DNA of 60,040 bases from Candidatus Aenigmatarchaeota archaeon (GTDB taxonomy: Archaea > EX4484-52). Both the position numbers and the translations under genes were made by a program. The notes beneath the pieces are model-generated. The model was given only the letters and a program-made list of their open reading frames with translations, did no database searches and had not been told where the DNA came from. Position 1 is the stretch's first letter, and each line of letters begins with the position of its first letter. The DNA is taken from NCBI GenBank assembly GCA_023137195.1, contig JAGLPV010000024.1:1-60040 (forward strand), written 5' to 3'. Shown here in pieces: positions 7,353-17,586 of the stretch.

Positions 7353-9536
7353 TTATTTAGCAAATGTTAATGTAAAAGTTATTCCCTTTGTTTTTTTATT
7401 AGATGCAACGGAAATATTGGCATTGAAAACAGATTTTAGTATTTCTTCAACATGAAATAATCCTATTCCTGCTCCATCTGTAGAAGAAGTTTTTAGATTA
7501 AAAATTTCATCCGTGTTATTTTGGAATTTTTCATTTATTCCTGATCCGTTATCCATCACAAAAATTTCCAAAGTTTTATCATCTCCATATAGTTCAATAT
7601 TGCAATTTTTTGCCTTTGCCTTTTTTGCATTATCAAGCAAATTATCAAATATGACTAAAACATCAAAAGGTCTAAAAGAAGTAAGAAAATCTTTAGTTGT
7701 ATTGTCTTTTATAGAAATTTCAAGTCCGTCGGCTGCAACTGGAATATAGTCGTCTTCTAAGTATTTTTTAATTATATTGTTCAAACTTCTTTCTTTTTTT
7801 GTCGCAAGCTCATTCATTCCACTTCCTGTTGCAAATCTTGCAATAGTATTTATTTTGTCATTTTCTTTTTTTATTTTTTGCAAATATTTTTCTAATTTTT
7901 CATATTTTTGACCAGTTATGGCATTAAAAGCATGTAATATATAATTATCTATTGTCTTGGAACTGATACCAATTTGATGGTGATAACTCTGAAGATTTTT
8001 CAGATTTTTACTAGAAAAATTTCTTAAAGCAGATACTTGATCTTCTGATCTTTTTATTTTACTTTCCTGTTTTTGAATAATATGTTTTTGTTGTTCTTGT
8101 GTTTCCTCAATTTTTTTTACTGCTTTTAGTAACTTTTCGTCCCCTGTTTTTCTGGCCTCTTTCTTCAATTGTCCTGTTGCTCCTTGAAAACCTTGTTGGG
8201 TTTTTTCTTCAATTTTTTCTAAAAATATATAACTATGCTCTATATCCAAAAAATCTTTTGATTTCGTAAGTTTTTTTATCATTACCTGAATTTCTTTTTC
8301 TTTTTCTTTTGGAAAAAATTCTTTTTCAATATTTCTTTTATATGTCCAATTAAGAGTACCAATAACGTAAGACTCGAGTCTTCGGAGTACCTTTTCTTCA
8401 AAACAAGATTTTAAATTTTTAACACTCGTTGTTGCAATTAGACCCCCATCACGACTAGTAGTTTCTTTAAATTCATCACTTGTATTATTTATATCAATAA
8501 AACCCACAACATCACGAGTTCCTAAGTATCTTGCATATCCTTGTTGTTTACGTAAATTTACTCCAAGAGAATCATCATCTAATTCACCATAAGGAAAGAC
8601 TCTAAAACCATTTTTATACAAAAATATGGACCCGAACTCTTTTGAGCGAACACCCATATAATGCTTGAATGTTATTTTTGTAGGAGTATTTAAATAAAAT
8701 AATTGAATTCTTATATCAAAAAGAAATTTTTTCCATTCATTCTTTTCTTTTATCTTGTAAATTTTCTCTCCTCTATCTATTAATTCTGTGATTATATATT
8801 CCCCATTTTGAGAAATATCTATATTTATTTGTGTTGTTTTTAGAGCAAGTTTTTCAAAAATAAAATTTTCTACCTTTTTATTATCAAGAAAAACATCAAA
8901 AACATCTTCAGAATCTTTTTTTATAGGATTAATAAGTTTTGATAAATGTGTCTTTAACTTTTCTTTTTCGCTTTTTTTACCATCCGTCCATTCTTCCCTT
9001 AGTTCTGATATTTCTAAAATAGTTCCGTGTTTTATTTCAGAATATGGATTTTCATCTAAAGTTTCATGAGTAACATCTATATTAATAAAATCTTTTTTAG
9101 AATCTTTTTCAAACAATTCCCATTCTACAGTAATTTTCTCAATTTTAGGATTTTCTTCTTCTTTAATTGAAATGAGTTTTAATTTTTTCCCTATACGATC
9201 ACAAGCAAATCTTCCAACTCCTTTTGCTCCTGCAAAAGCATGGCGAGTCTTTATTTTATTTCTGTAATCATTGTACCCTCTATTTTCCGTGTTATCTGCT
9301 TTTGCTGAGTACCCAACAAAAAGCCATTTATCTTTTATGTCCTTAATATTCATTCCTTTTCCATCATCTTTGATAACAATTTTATCTTCATAAAAATTGA
9401 CATCTACTCTTTCTGCGTATGCATCGAATGAGTTTTTCACTAATTCAAAAATAGCAATATATTTATCAGTAATAAGTTCTTTGCCAATAATATTTTTTAG
9501 AGCTGCACTAACCTTAAATTGTAATTTTTCTTTCAT
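7353..9536 (-). CDS. MORC-type GHKL ATPase fused to histidine kinase
   Basis: N-term ELVKNSFDA, DDGKGM, GAKGVGRF, GT; coiled coil; C-term YHHQ H-box, NLLDNA, DNGSG, GAGIGL. Confidence 0.85.
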   Translation of the reverse strand: MKEKLQFKVSAALKNIIGKELITDKYIAIFELVKNSFDAYAERVDVNFYEDKIVIKDDGKGMNIKDIKDKWLFVGYSAKADNTENRGYNDYRNKIKTRHAFAGAKGVGRFACDRIGKKLKLISIKEEENPKIEKITVEWELFEKDSKKDFINIDVTHETLDENPYSEIKHGTILEISELREEWTDGKKSEKEKLKTHLSKLINPIKKDSEDVFDVFLDNKKVENFIFEKLALKTTQINIDISQNGEYIITELIDRGEKIYKIKEKNEWKKFLFDIRIQLFYLNTPTKITFKHYMGVRSKEFGSIFLYKNGFRVFPYGELDDDSLGVNLRKQQGYARYLGTRDVVGFIDINNTSDEFKETTSRDGGLIATTSVKNLKSCFEEKVLRRLESYVIGTLNWTYKRNIEKEFFPKEKEKEIQVMIKKLTKSKDFLDIEHSYIFLEKIEEKTQQGFQGATGQLKKEARKTGDEKLLKAVKKIEETQEQQKHIIQKQESKIKRSEDQVSALRNFSSKNLKNLQSYHHQIGISSKTIDNYILHAFNAITGQKYEKLEKYLQKIKKENDKINTIARFATGSGMNELATKKERSLNNIIKKYLEDDYIPVAADGLEISIKDNTTKDFLTSFRPFDVLVIFDNLLDNAKKAKAKNCNIELYGDDKTLEIFVMDNGSGINEKFQNNTDEIFNLKTSSTDGAGIGLFHVEEILKSVFNANISVASNKKTKGITFTLTFAK

Positions 9537-9540
9537 AATA

Positions 9541-10740
9541 TTACTTTAAAAGTTGAGCTAATATAAGTCCTGCTTGTTCACCAAAAAGAGGAGGTATTGC
9601 ATTTCCAACTTGTGTATATCGTGGCACTTCTATCTTTCTCAATTTTCCACCAGTTGTGTATTTTTCCCTGAATTCAAACCAGTCATCAAAAGTTTGAATT
9701 CTAGCATATTCTCTAACGGTTAAAATCCTTGGTTCGGAATAATGGATGTAATCATCAGGCAATGTTGTTAATGTTGGACTTTTTTGATTCATATCCAATG
9801 GAATCGTGCATCTCTTTTTAAGTTTAAATTTGTCCTTAGTTGATTCGTTAATTGTTTTATTTCTAGAACAATTAGTAAGGATATAGTTAAATTTATTTAT
9901 TGTTTTCTTGTTATGGTTTGCGAATCTATGACTATCTGGGAAATTGTAATCACAATCTGTTTTTATATATTTCTGATAATTTGTTTTTGGTTTTGAATAT
10001 ATACCTTCTTTGAATTTTTTATAACTAATTGATGAAATTTCTCCGTTAATTCTTTCTAAATCAGAAATTGCAGATTTTACAGAATTATTGGCTTTTAAAC
10101 CCTTTTTTTTCAAAAACGAAACTTTATTATTAACAATTAATTCAAAAAATTCTTTAGGGTCTCCTGATTTTAATCCAACTAGGATAAATCGTTTCCTCTT
10201 TTGGGGGACACCAAACTTAGAAAAATCAATTATCCTTCCTTCAACTCCATAACCTATCTCTTTTAATTTTTTTTGAACATAAATGGAATATGCAGTTCCT
10301 TTAGACTTCTTATTCTTAAATCCAATTGTAAATCCTTTTACATTTTCAAAAAAAATCATCTTTGGTTTAACTAGTGAAATAAATTTTATATAAGAATCAA
10401 TTAATTTATTTCTACTATCTCCTTCGTTTCTTCTACCTGCTAATGAAAAGCCCTGACAAGGAGGTCCACCAACAACCATATCTACTTTTCCACGAAGTTT
10501 TTCGAGTTCTTTTTCATAGTTAACCAGAACTTCATTGATATCATGCGATGTTTGGGGGAGCCAGATAGGCCATTTAAAATGTTTTTTCTTCTCAATCAAG
10601 TTGTGTTTTAGGGTCTCAAATGCCATTGGACTTTTTTCAATAGCAAAAAGTCCATGCCAGCCCGATTTATACAATCCTAAAGAAAGACCACCACAACCTG
10701 CAAATATATCAATATAAGTAAACTTAGATTGCTTCACCAT
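9541..10740 (-). CDS. DNA (cytosine-5)-methyltransferase
   Basis: FAGCGG, GPPCQGFS, ENV, QKRKR, QVGNAIPP motifs. Confidence 0.95.
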   Translation of the reverse strand: MVKQSKFTYIDIFAGCGGLSLGLYKSGWHGLFAIEKSPMAFETLKHNLIEKKKHFKWPIWLPQTSHDINEVLVNYEKELEKLRGKVDMVVGGPPCQGFSLAGRRNEGDSRNKLIDSYIKFISLVKPKMIFFENVKGFTIGFKNKKSKGTAYSIYVQKKLKEIGYGVEGRIIDFSKFGVPQKRKRFILVGLKSGDPKEFFELIVNNKVSFLKKKGLKANNSVKSAISDLERINGEISSISYKKFKEGIYSKPKTNYQKYIKTDCDYNFPDSHRFANHNKKTINKFNYILTNCSRNKTINESTKDKFKLKKRCTIPLDMNQKSPTLTTLPDDYIHYSEPRILTVREYARIQTFDDWFEFREKYTTGGKLRKIEVPRYTQVGNAIPPLFGEQAGLILAQLLK

Positions 10741-10785
10741 ACTATATTTTATATTTGAGTTTATATAAAGATTTGTTTATGCTCC

Positions 10786-11439
10786 TTACCTTGATGCTAT
10801 TTTGATAAAAAAAACGCATTTTTTAGTCAATGGACACTTATCGCACGACGGTTTTGTCTTGCAAACCAACGCCCCGAAATCTAGCAATCCCCAGTTATAT
10901 TCCTTGAAATTCTTTCTTGGAAGAATTTCATTTGTCTTGTCTTGTATTTCTTTATTATCTCTTAAGTCTTTAATATTATCAATGTGAAAATACCGGGAAA
11001 TTATCCTGCTTGTATTTACATCTAAGATTGGAGCCCGTTTATTAAAACCAAAGCATAGAGTAGCATTAGTAACATACAATCCAATATGTGGTATTTCCAA
11101 TAGACTTTCTATCTCACCCGGGAGATTATCATTAAAATTTTTGTGAATATAATTTGAAATCTCTTTTAATCCTCTAGTTCTCTGTTTTCCTAATCCTAAT
11201 CTTGAAATTTTATTAAAAATCTCGGAATAACTTGCTCTATGAAGTTTTATATTTGAACTATACTCTATTATAACAGGATACATATATTTATCAACCGTTT
11301 CTGCTTTTGTCTTTTTAAGAAATAATTCTGTTATCATTACTTGAAAAGGTTCTAAATCTTCCCTTCTCCAGAAAAAATCTCGTTTATTCAGACTGTAAAA
11401 ATCCAGTATCTTCTTTCGAAAATAGGTATTTTCAATCAT
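10786..11439 (-). CDS. HhH-GPD glycosylase, Mig (T/G mismatch)/MutY type with 4Fe-4S cluster
   Basis: F.WR, TELFLKKT, HhH IPHIGLY, LDVN, CKTKPSCDKCPLTKKC; no MutY C-terminal domain. Confidence 0.8.
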   Translation of the reverse strand: MIENTYFRKKILDFYSLNKRDFFWRREDLEPFQVMITELFLKKTKAETVDKYMYPVIIEYSSNIKLHRASYSEIFNKISRLGLGKQRTRGLKEISNYIHKNFNDNLPGEIESLLEIPHIGLYVTNATLCFGFNKRAPILDVNTSRIISRYFHIDNIKDLRDNKEIQDKTNEILPRKNFKEYNWGLLDFGALVCKTKPSCDKCPLTKKCVFFIKIASR

Positions 11440-11535
11440 AATTTAGTAAACGAGATAGAATTATTTAAACATATTCGATCTGTACAACAAGATACATATT
11501 TAAAGAATAAAATATCAATCCATTAAGGCAATACA

Positions 11536-11856
11536 ATGAAAATCGGAATAATTATTAGTCAAACTGAACCGGAAACTGTATGGAATGCATTTAGATTTGG
11601 GAATTTTTCTTTAGATAAAAACCATTCCGTCAAGGTATTTTTAATTGGCAAAGGAGTTGAATACGAAGATATCAACGATGAGAAATTCAATGTCAGGGAA
11701 CAAGTAGAAAAATTCATTGACAATAAAGGAGAAATCTTTGCCTGTGGTTCTTGTATCAAATCCAGAAAAAAAGAAGGTTCTCCTGTTTGTCCATTATCCA
11801 CAATGCATGATTTAATGACTATTGTTGAAGAATCTGACAAAATAGTATCCTTCTAA
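11536..11856 (+). CDS. DsrE family protein
   Basis: ETVWNAFR, VFLIGKGVE, ACGSC..SR motifs. Confidence 0.85.
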   Translation: MKIGIIISQTEPETVWNAFRFGNFSLDKNHSVKVFLIGKGVEYEDINDEKFNVREQVEKFIDNKGEIFACGSCIKSRKKEGSPVCPLSTMHDLMTIVEESDKIVSF

Positions 11857-11940
11857 AATCTTGCCGAAACAAAACTAATGAACTCTTAATAGGATACATG
11901 GCTTTGAAAAATAATATAAAGAATATATCCTATATTAAAC

Positions 11941-12279
11941 ATGGATTTAAAAAACATTAAAAGTTGGCATATAGCACTGCTTGCTATTGTTGTAAATATT
12001 GTTTTTATGTTCTGGCACTTTTTCGGTCGTTGTGGTTTGGGTTGCAGTCCTTTTTACACGCAATTATCTTTAGGTAGTATTTTCTATAAAACTATTTTTT
12101 TGTTAATTCCAACATTATTTTTGATAAATGTTAAAACAAAAAAAATAGGGGCTATATTTTGTATTCTTTTAGGAGTAACTAGATTTTTTGCTTATGAAAA
12201 TGAACTTTTTATTTCCGGAGTTATTCAAGGATTTCTTTTGATAACTGCGGCACTCTATTATTTCCGGAAAAAAGTTTGA
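11941..12279 (+). CDS. Hypothetical membrane protein
   Basis: Four hydrophobic segments, TATA box upstream. Confidence 0.55.
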   Translation: MDLKNIKSWHIALLAIVVNIVFMFWHFFGRCGLGCSPFYTQLSLGSIFYKTIFLLIPTLFLINVKTKKIGAIFCILLGVTRFFAYENELFISGVIQGFLLITAALYYFRKKV

Positions 12280-12349
12280 TTATTATCCAAAATATATACA
12301 ACTCTTATCTATATATATTATTTCGTACTTTTCTTTAATATCCAGACCC

Positions 12350-13534
12350 TCACTTTCCATACTTCTCACCAATCTCCCGGTAAGCATCCCTAAACGAAAC
12401 CCCTTTCTTTACAAGCTCATAAGCCTCCTCTGTCGCATACAATTCTTTGCTCATCGCTTTTTGACAGTTCTCTTTGTTGACCTTTATCCCTTTAAGAAAC
12501 AATATCATCATCTCCAGACAGCTTTGAGTTATCTCCACTGAATTTATCAAAGATTCTTTTGTCAATTGAATGTCCCGGTTATAGCCGGAAATAAGATTCC
12601 CCATAAGACTTTTTGTCTTGAATTCTTCCCCTAAAACAACATGGTATTTTGCCCTTATCAATTCAAGGACATCGGGATTTTTCTTTTGTGGCATGATGGA
12701 ACTGCCTGTGCAGAATTCATCAGGGAATTCCACGAATCCGAACTCTTTCATATTAAATAGTATCAAATCAGTCGAGAGTTTGTTTAAGTCAAACATCACC
12801 TGTGACAGGACATTAATGATTCCGAACTCAAATTTTCCTCGGCTCATCTGGCAGTACATTGGATTGATCTGGACTTTGGCGAATCCTAAAAGGTCGGCTG
12901 TGTATTCTCTGTCTATCTTTATGTTTGGAACGCCGAATCCTGCCGCGCTTCCAAGAGGAGATTTATCTATTGTCTTGAAAACACAATCTAATAGTGGAAT
13001 GTCATCATCAACAGCATCGGCAAAACTGTTCAGCCATAGTCCAATGGTTGTCGGCATGGCTTTTTGCATGTGGGTGTAGCCGGGGATTGATATCGTTTTG
13101 TATTTTTCTGCTGTGCGGTTTAACTCATCCTTGAAATCCATCAACAGTTCCCTGATTTGCTTTAAGTTGTCTTTTTCATACAGCCTTAATGCAGTCAATA
13201 CCTGGTCGTTTCTTGAACGGGCGGTGTGTATCTTCTTGCCGACATCACCGTATTTTGAAGTCAGGTAATTCTCGATGGCGGTATGGCAGTCCTCGTCCCC
13301 CGGGCTGATTGGGAAATTGTTGTTTGAATGCAAATCAATGATTTCGTTTAGTCCTTCGACCAACTGGCTTAATTCTTCATCGGTCAGGATGCCTATTTTG
13401 TTCAGCATCTTTGCATGGGCAATTGATGCGATGCAGTCATATTTGACCAGCTTTTGATCCAGTAGATAGTCGTTTCCTACTGTGAATTTTTCTATTTTCT
13501 CATTTAAATTATAGTTCTTTTTCCAGAGTTTCAT
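12350..13534 (-). CDS. argH: Argininosuccinate lyase
   Basis: HTARSRNDQ, PGYTHMQ, GSSIMPQKKNPD. Confidence 0.95.
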   Translation of the reverse strand: MKLWKKNYNLNEKIEKFTVGNDYLLDQKLVKYDCIASIAHAKMLNKIGILTDEELSQLVEGLNEIIDLHSNNNFPISPGDEDCHTAIENYLTSKYGDVGKKIHTARSRNDQVLTALRLYEKDNLKQIRELLMDFKDELNRTAEKYKTISIPGYTHMQKAMPTTIGLWLNSFADAVDDDIPLLDCVFKTIDKSPLGSAAGFGVPNIKIDREYTADLLGFAKVQINPMYCQMSRGKFEFGIINVLSQVMFDLNKLSTDLILFNMKEFGFVEFPDEFCTGSSIMPQKKNPDVLELIRAKYHVVLGEEFKTKSLMGNLISGYNRDIQLTKESLINSVEITQSCLEMMILFLKGIKVNKENCQKAMSKELYATEEAYELVKKGVSFRDAYREIGEKYGK

Positions 13535-14424
13535 TCTAATCCCTCTTTATGGTTTAATCCGAACATTATGTTCATGTTCTCTATTGCCTGCGAAGCGGCT
13601 CCTTTCATAAGGTTGTCGATGACTGAGATTATGACAATGTTGTTGTTGTCTTTTTCAAAGCCGCCGATGTGACAGTATGGAGTATGAGATACATCTTTTG
13701 TGCATGGTATCTTATTTTCAATTACTTTTGTAAATGTGTTGTTGTAGAAGTCCCTGTATTTTTGCTTTATTTCCTTTACATCAATATTTGTTTTTAGTTT
13801 TAGATGCGTTGTGCACATGATGCCTCGGAATGTATTCACTACATGCGGCGTGAATGCAATATTCCCGCCAAGGATTTTTTTCATTTCAGGGATATGAAAA
13901 TGGCTGTTGAGTTTGTAGGCGATTATATTTTCTTCATGACTGTATTTTGCTCCTGCTTTTTTTCCGCCGCCTGAATATCCACTAATACAGTTAAAGACAA
14001 TATTCTCTGCAATTTCGATTAATGGATATACAGACAATATGCATGCTGTGGCATAGCACCCGGGATTTGCGACAATTCGGGAATGCTCTATTTTATCATG
14101 AAATATCTCGGGGATGCCGTAGGTTTGAGTCAGCCTGTGGTCTGCTGAGATGTCTATTATTTTACATGTGATTTTTGATGTTATTTGTTCTGCTTTCCCG
14201 TGGGGCACTGCAAGGAAAACAACATTCATCTTGTTTAATTCTTCAATTGATATTTTGGAAAAAGAAAGGTTGAGGTTTATGTCTTTGTATTGGTCGGATA
14301 TTTTTTTCCCTTCAAGAGATGTGCTTGCAACTGTTTTTATTTCAGAGTGATTGTGTTTTGAAAGGATGTTGATTAAGTTGTAGGCGACATATCCTGAACC
14401 GCCGACAATGCCTATTTTAATCAT
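13531..14424 (-). CDS. argC: N-acetyl-gamma-glutamyl-phosphate reductase
   Basis: GGSGY, ANPGCY, SGYSGGG, DNLMKGAA; start moved to 14424 behind GGGGTGA. Confidence 0.93.
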   Translation of the reverse strand: MIKIGIVGGSGYVAYNLINILSKHNHSEIKTVASTSLEGKKISDQYKDINLNLSFSKISIEELNKMNVVFLAVPHGKAEQITSKITCKIIDISADHRLTQTYGIPEIFHDKIEHSRIVANPGCYATACILSVYPLIEIAENIVFNCISGYSGGGKKAGAKYSHEENIIAYKLNSHFHIPEMKKILGGNIAFTPHVVNTFRGIMCTTHLKLKTNIDVKEIKQKYRDFYNNTFTKVIENKIPCTKDVSHTPYCHIGGFEKDNNNIVIISVIDNLMKGAASQAIENMNIMFGLNHKEGLE

Positions 14425-15583
14425 CTGAATCACCCCCCACGAGAACTGATTCAAGGACTGTAATGCAAAAATCAATCTCGTTTTGCGTTATTGTCAATGG
14501 TGGAAGAAATCGCAGGATTTTTTCGTCTATGCAGTTTATCAGCAGTCCTTTTTTGGCACATTTTTCTGCTATGGATTTATCTTTTTTGTTTAGTTCAAGC
14601 GCTACCATAAGTCCTTTGCCTCGGACTTCTTTGATGTTGTCCGATTTTATGGAATTTAGTTTTGACATGAAATAATTGCCTTTGGGCTCCACATCCAGCA
14701 GGATGTTTTCAATGAGTTCTATTGTCTTTAATGCAGCGGCACAGCACAGGGAGTTTCCGCCGAAAGTTGAGCCGTGGTCGCCGGGGTTGAAGTTGATGCT
14801 CCTCTTTGAGAGGGTGACACCTATCGGAAGACCATTGGCAATACCTTTGGCAAGGGTGATGATGTCAGGAGATATATCTTCATGTTGGAAACAGAAATAT
14901 TTTCCGGTCCTTCCGTTTCCTGTCTGGATTTCATCAAGGATAAGTAGGATATTGTTTTTTTTGCAGAGTTCTTCTACTTTTTTTAGGTACCCTGGGGGTG
15001 GGACAATAACACCGGCTTCGCCCTGTATGGGTTCGAGGATTACTGCCGCAGTGTCTTCACTTATCTGGCTTTGAAGTGCATCTATATCTCCATAATCGAC
15101 ATGCTCAAAGCCCGGGATTAAGGGACTGAAGGGGGCTTTGTAGGATTCTTTCCATGTCGCCGAAAGGCTTCCTAGGGTCCTGCCATGAAATCCGTTTTTC
15201 ATTGCAATTATTTTGCTTTTTTTTGTGACTTTTTTTGCAAGCTTTATTGCCGCTTCGACAGCTTCACTGCCTGAGTTGGAGAAAAAACATTTGTCCAGAC
15301 CCGAGATTTCGGATAATTTTTTTGCAAGAGCTAATTGGGGTTCTGTATAGAACAGGTTGCTTGCATTGATTAATTTTTCTGCCTGGCGGAAAATAGCTTT
15401 TACAAGAGTTGGGTTTGAGTGCCCGATACTGCATGTGGCTACACCTCCAATCATGTCAAGATATTTGTTGCCGTTAGTATCCCATACATAACTGCCTTTG
15501 CCGTGTTCGAGAACAAAAGAAGACCTTTTGTATGTCTGCATGAGATATTTTTTTTCTGTTTCAATATAGTCAAATTGCTCCAT
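14417..15583 (-). CDS. argD: Acetylornithine aminotransferase
   Basis: FHGRT, EPIQGEAG, DEIQTG.GRTG, LAKGIANG. Confidence 0.93.
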   Translation of the reverse strand: MEQFDYIETEKKYLMQTYKRSSFVLEHGKGSYVWDTNGNKYLDMIGGVATCSIGHSNPTLVKAIFRQAEKLINASNLFYTEPQLALAKKLSEISGLDKCFFSNSGSEAVEAAIKLAKKVTKKSKIIAMKNGFHGRTLGSLSATWKESYKAPFSPLIPGFEHVDYGDIDALQSQISEDTAAVILEPIQGEAGVIVPPPGYLKKVEELCKKNNILLILDEIQTGNGRTGKYFCFQHEDISPDIITLAKGIANGLPIGVTLSKRSINFNPGDHGSTFGGNSLCCAAALKTIELIENILLDVEPKGNYFMSKLNSIKSDNIKEVRGKGLMVALELNKKDKSIAEKCAKKGLLINCIDEKILRFLPPLTITQNEIDFCITVLESVLVGGDSDD

Positions 15584-16409
15584 TTTTTATAACCTCCGTG
15601 CCTATGCCTTTGTCTGTAAATATTTCAAGCAGTAAAGAATGCCTGGTGGTGCCGTTTATAAGATGCACTTTTTTTACATTATGTTTTAGGGCGTCAATGC
15701 ATGCAAGCACTTTTGGTATCATGCCTCCGTTAATCTCTTTGCTTTGGATATGGGTTTTTACATCATCTATGTTCAGGTGAGAAACAAAATTGCCTTTGAT
15801 ATAGATGCCGTCAACATTGGTCAGGAATGTGAGTTTTTCCGCGTTTAATTCCTTGGCTATCTTTATTGCGACAGTATCTGCATTGATATTTGTTTCCTGT
15901 CTGGTTTGGGTTTTGCCCAGAGGTGAAACTATCGGGATGCATCCGTCATTGATTTGGTCAAGCAGGATTTTTGCATTTATCTTTGTTATTTTTCCGACAT
16001 AGCCGAGTTCTTCTTGGTTGCTTATTTTTGTTGAGATTAGCCCTTCTGTGCAGTCTTTCGCTTCGATTCCCATGGAATTGAAATGGTCGACGCATTCTGT
16101 GTTTTTTTGCTTAAGGACTTTTGTGACAATATTCAGGGTTTCATAATCCGTTACCCTTATGCCGTCGATTATTTTTTTTTGCATATTTTTCTTTTTCATT
16201 TCTTCGTCTATAAATGGCCCTCCGCCATGCACCACCACTATTTTCATTCCCAGCTGCTTTAGTATGCTGATGTCGGTAAATACTGATTTTTGGAGTCCTT
16301 TATCTGTCATTGCATTCCCTCCATATTTTATTACTACTATTTTTTCGCTGAATTTTTTTGCCCAGTGGAATGCTTCCACCAAAATGTGCGCTTTTGTTAT
16401 GCTTTCCAT
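15570..16409 (-). CDS. argB: Acetylglutamate kinase
   Basis: KYGGNAM, VHGGGP, NINAD, GGMIPK. Confidence 0.95.
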   Translation of the reverse strand: MESITKAHILVEAFHWAKKFSEKIVVIKYGGNAMTDKGLQKSVFTDISILKQLGMKIVVVHGGGPFIDEEMKKKNMQKKIIDGIRVTDYETLNIVTKVLKQKNTECVDHFNSMGIEAKDCTEGLISTKISNQEELGYVGKITKINAKILLDQINDGCIPIVSPLGKTQTRQETNINADTVAIKIAKELNAEKLTFLTNVDGIYIKGNFVSHLNIDDVKTHIQSKEINGGMIPKVLACIDALKHNVKKVHLINGTTRHSLLLEIFTDKGIGTEVIKNGAI

Positions 16410-16410
16410 A

Positions 16411-17586
16411 TTATGTCGTATAGCATGAATTTATCTTCACATAATCGTAACTCATGTCGCATCCGTATGCGGTGGCTTGTTCTGTGCCCGAGTTTAGGAT
16501 TATTGTTATGGTTGTTGTCTTTTCCTCCATAATTGATTTTGAAATTTTTTTGATGTCAAAGTCCGGGCTTTGCTGACCTTCTGTAAATACAGGAAAATCA
16601 TTGATGAATATTTGGATTTTGTTTTCTTCAAATTCTGCATCGGTATTTCCGATGGCGCAAAGAACTCTCCCGTAATTCGGGTCATTGCCGAATATTGCGC
16701 ACTTTATAAGTGTCGAATTAACGATTGCCTTTGCTATTTTTTTTGCATCTTCGGTGGTTTTTGCGTTTATTGCTTTTGCAACTATCAGCTTGGTTGCCCC
16801 TTCGCCGTCCATAGCAATCATCTTTGCAAGTTCGATGCATACTATATCAAGAGCTTTTTTGAATATGTTTTCATCAACTTTTCCTGCAATGCCATTTGCC
16901 ATAATTATTGCCATATCACTTGTCGATGTGTCCATGTCAACATTAATCATATTGAATGACTTGTTGACGCCGGAGCTAAACATATTTTGCAGATTCTTGG
17001 TGCAAATGTCTGCGTCGGTAACGATGAATGCAAGCATTGTTGCCATGTTTGGACTTATCATGCCTGAACCTTTTGCAGTGCCTGCAACTGCAAATTTTTC
17101 AGTAGTCACAGAGACTTGTTTTGTCGCTGTGTCTGTCGTAAGGATGGCATTTGCGAAATCGTCGCCTGAATCCTGGGTTTCCAGCTCGTTTTTAAGGTCC
17201 ACCAGACCATGCCTTATCTTTTCCATCGGTAGGGGTTTGCCTATAATTCCTGTTGATGCTACAAGAACCAAATCTTTACTTATTTCTAATTCATTGGCAA
17301 CAATCTCGGTCATTTCCCCTGCATTGTCTATGCCTGTCTGCCCTGTGGAAACGTTTGCAATCCCACTGTTGATTACTATTGCCTGGGCTTTGCCGTCATG
17401 AAGATGCTCTTTTGTTACATACAGAGGGGCGCCTTTTATCTTGTTCTTTGTAAATACTGCCACGGTGTTGCAGATGTTTTTTGAATACAATACTGCGATA
17501 TCTTTCTTTTTTTTCTTTATCCCTATGTGTTTTCCAATGCAGGCAAATCCTTTTACGGAATTGATTCCCTTGTTTTCTATTTCCAT
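16411..17586 (-). CDS. argJ: Ornithine acetyltransferase / N-acetylglutamate synthase
   Basis: KGSGMI.PNMATML, DTSTSD, DGEGATK. Confidence 0.95.
   Translation of the reverse strand: MEIENKGINSVKGFACIGKHIGIKKKKKDIAVLYSKNICNTVAVFTKNKIKGAPLYVTKEHLHDGKAQAIVINSGIANVSTGQTGIDNAGEMTEIVANELEISKDLVLVASTGIIGKPLPMEKIRHGLVDLKNELETQDSGDDFANAILTTDTATKQVSVTTEKFAVAGTAKGSGMISPNMATMLAFIVTDADICTKNLQNMFSSGVNKSFNMINVDMDTSTSDMAIIMANGIAGKVDENIFKKALDIVCIELAKMIAMDGEGATKLIVAKAINAKTTEDAKKIAKAIVNSTLIKCAIFGNDPNYGRVLCAIGNTDAEFEENKIQIFINDFPVFTEGQQSPDFDIKKISKSIMEEKTTTITIILNSGTEQATAYGCDMSYDYVKINSCYTT

Noticed and set aside
16685-17401. 238 aa plus-strand ORF
   Set aside because: Antisense shadow of argJ, no motifs
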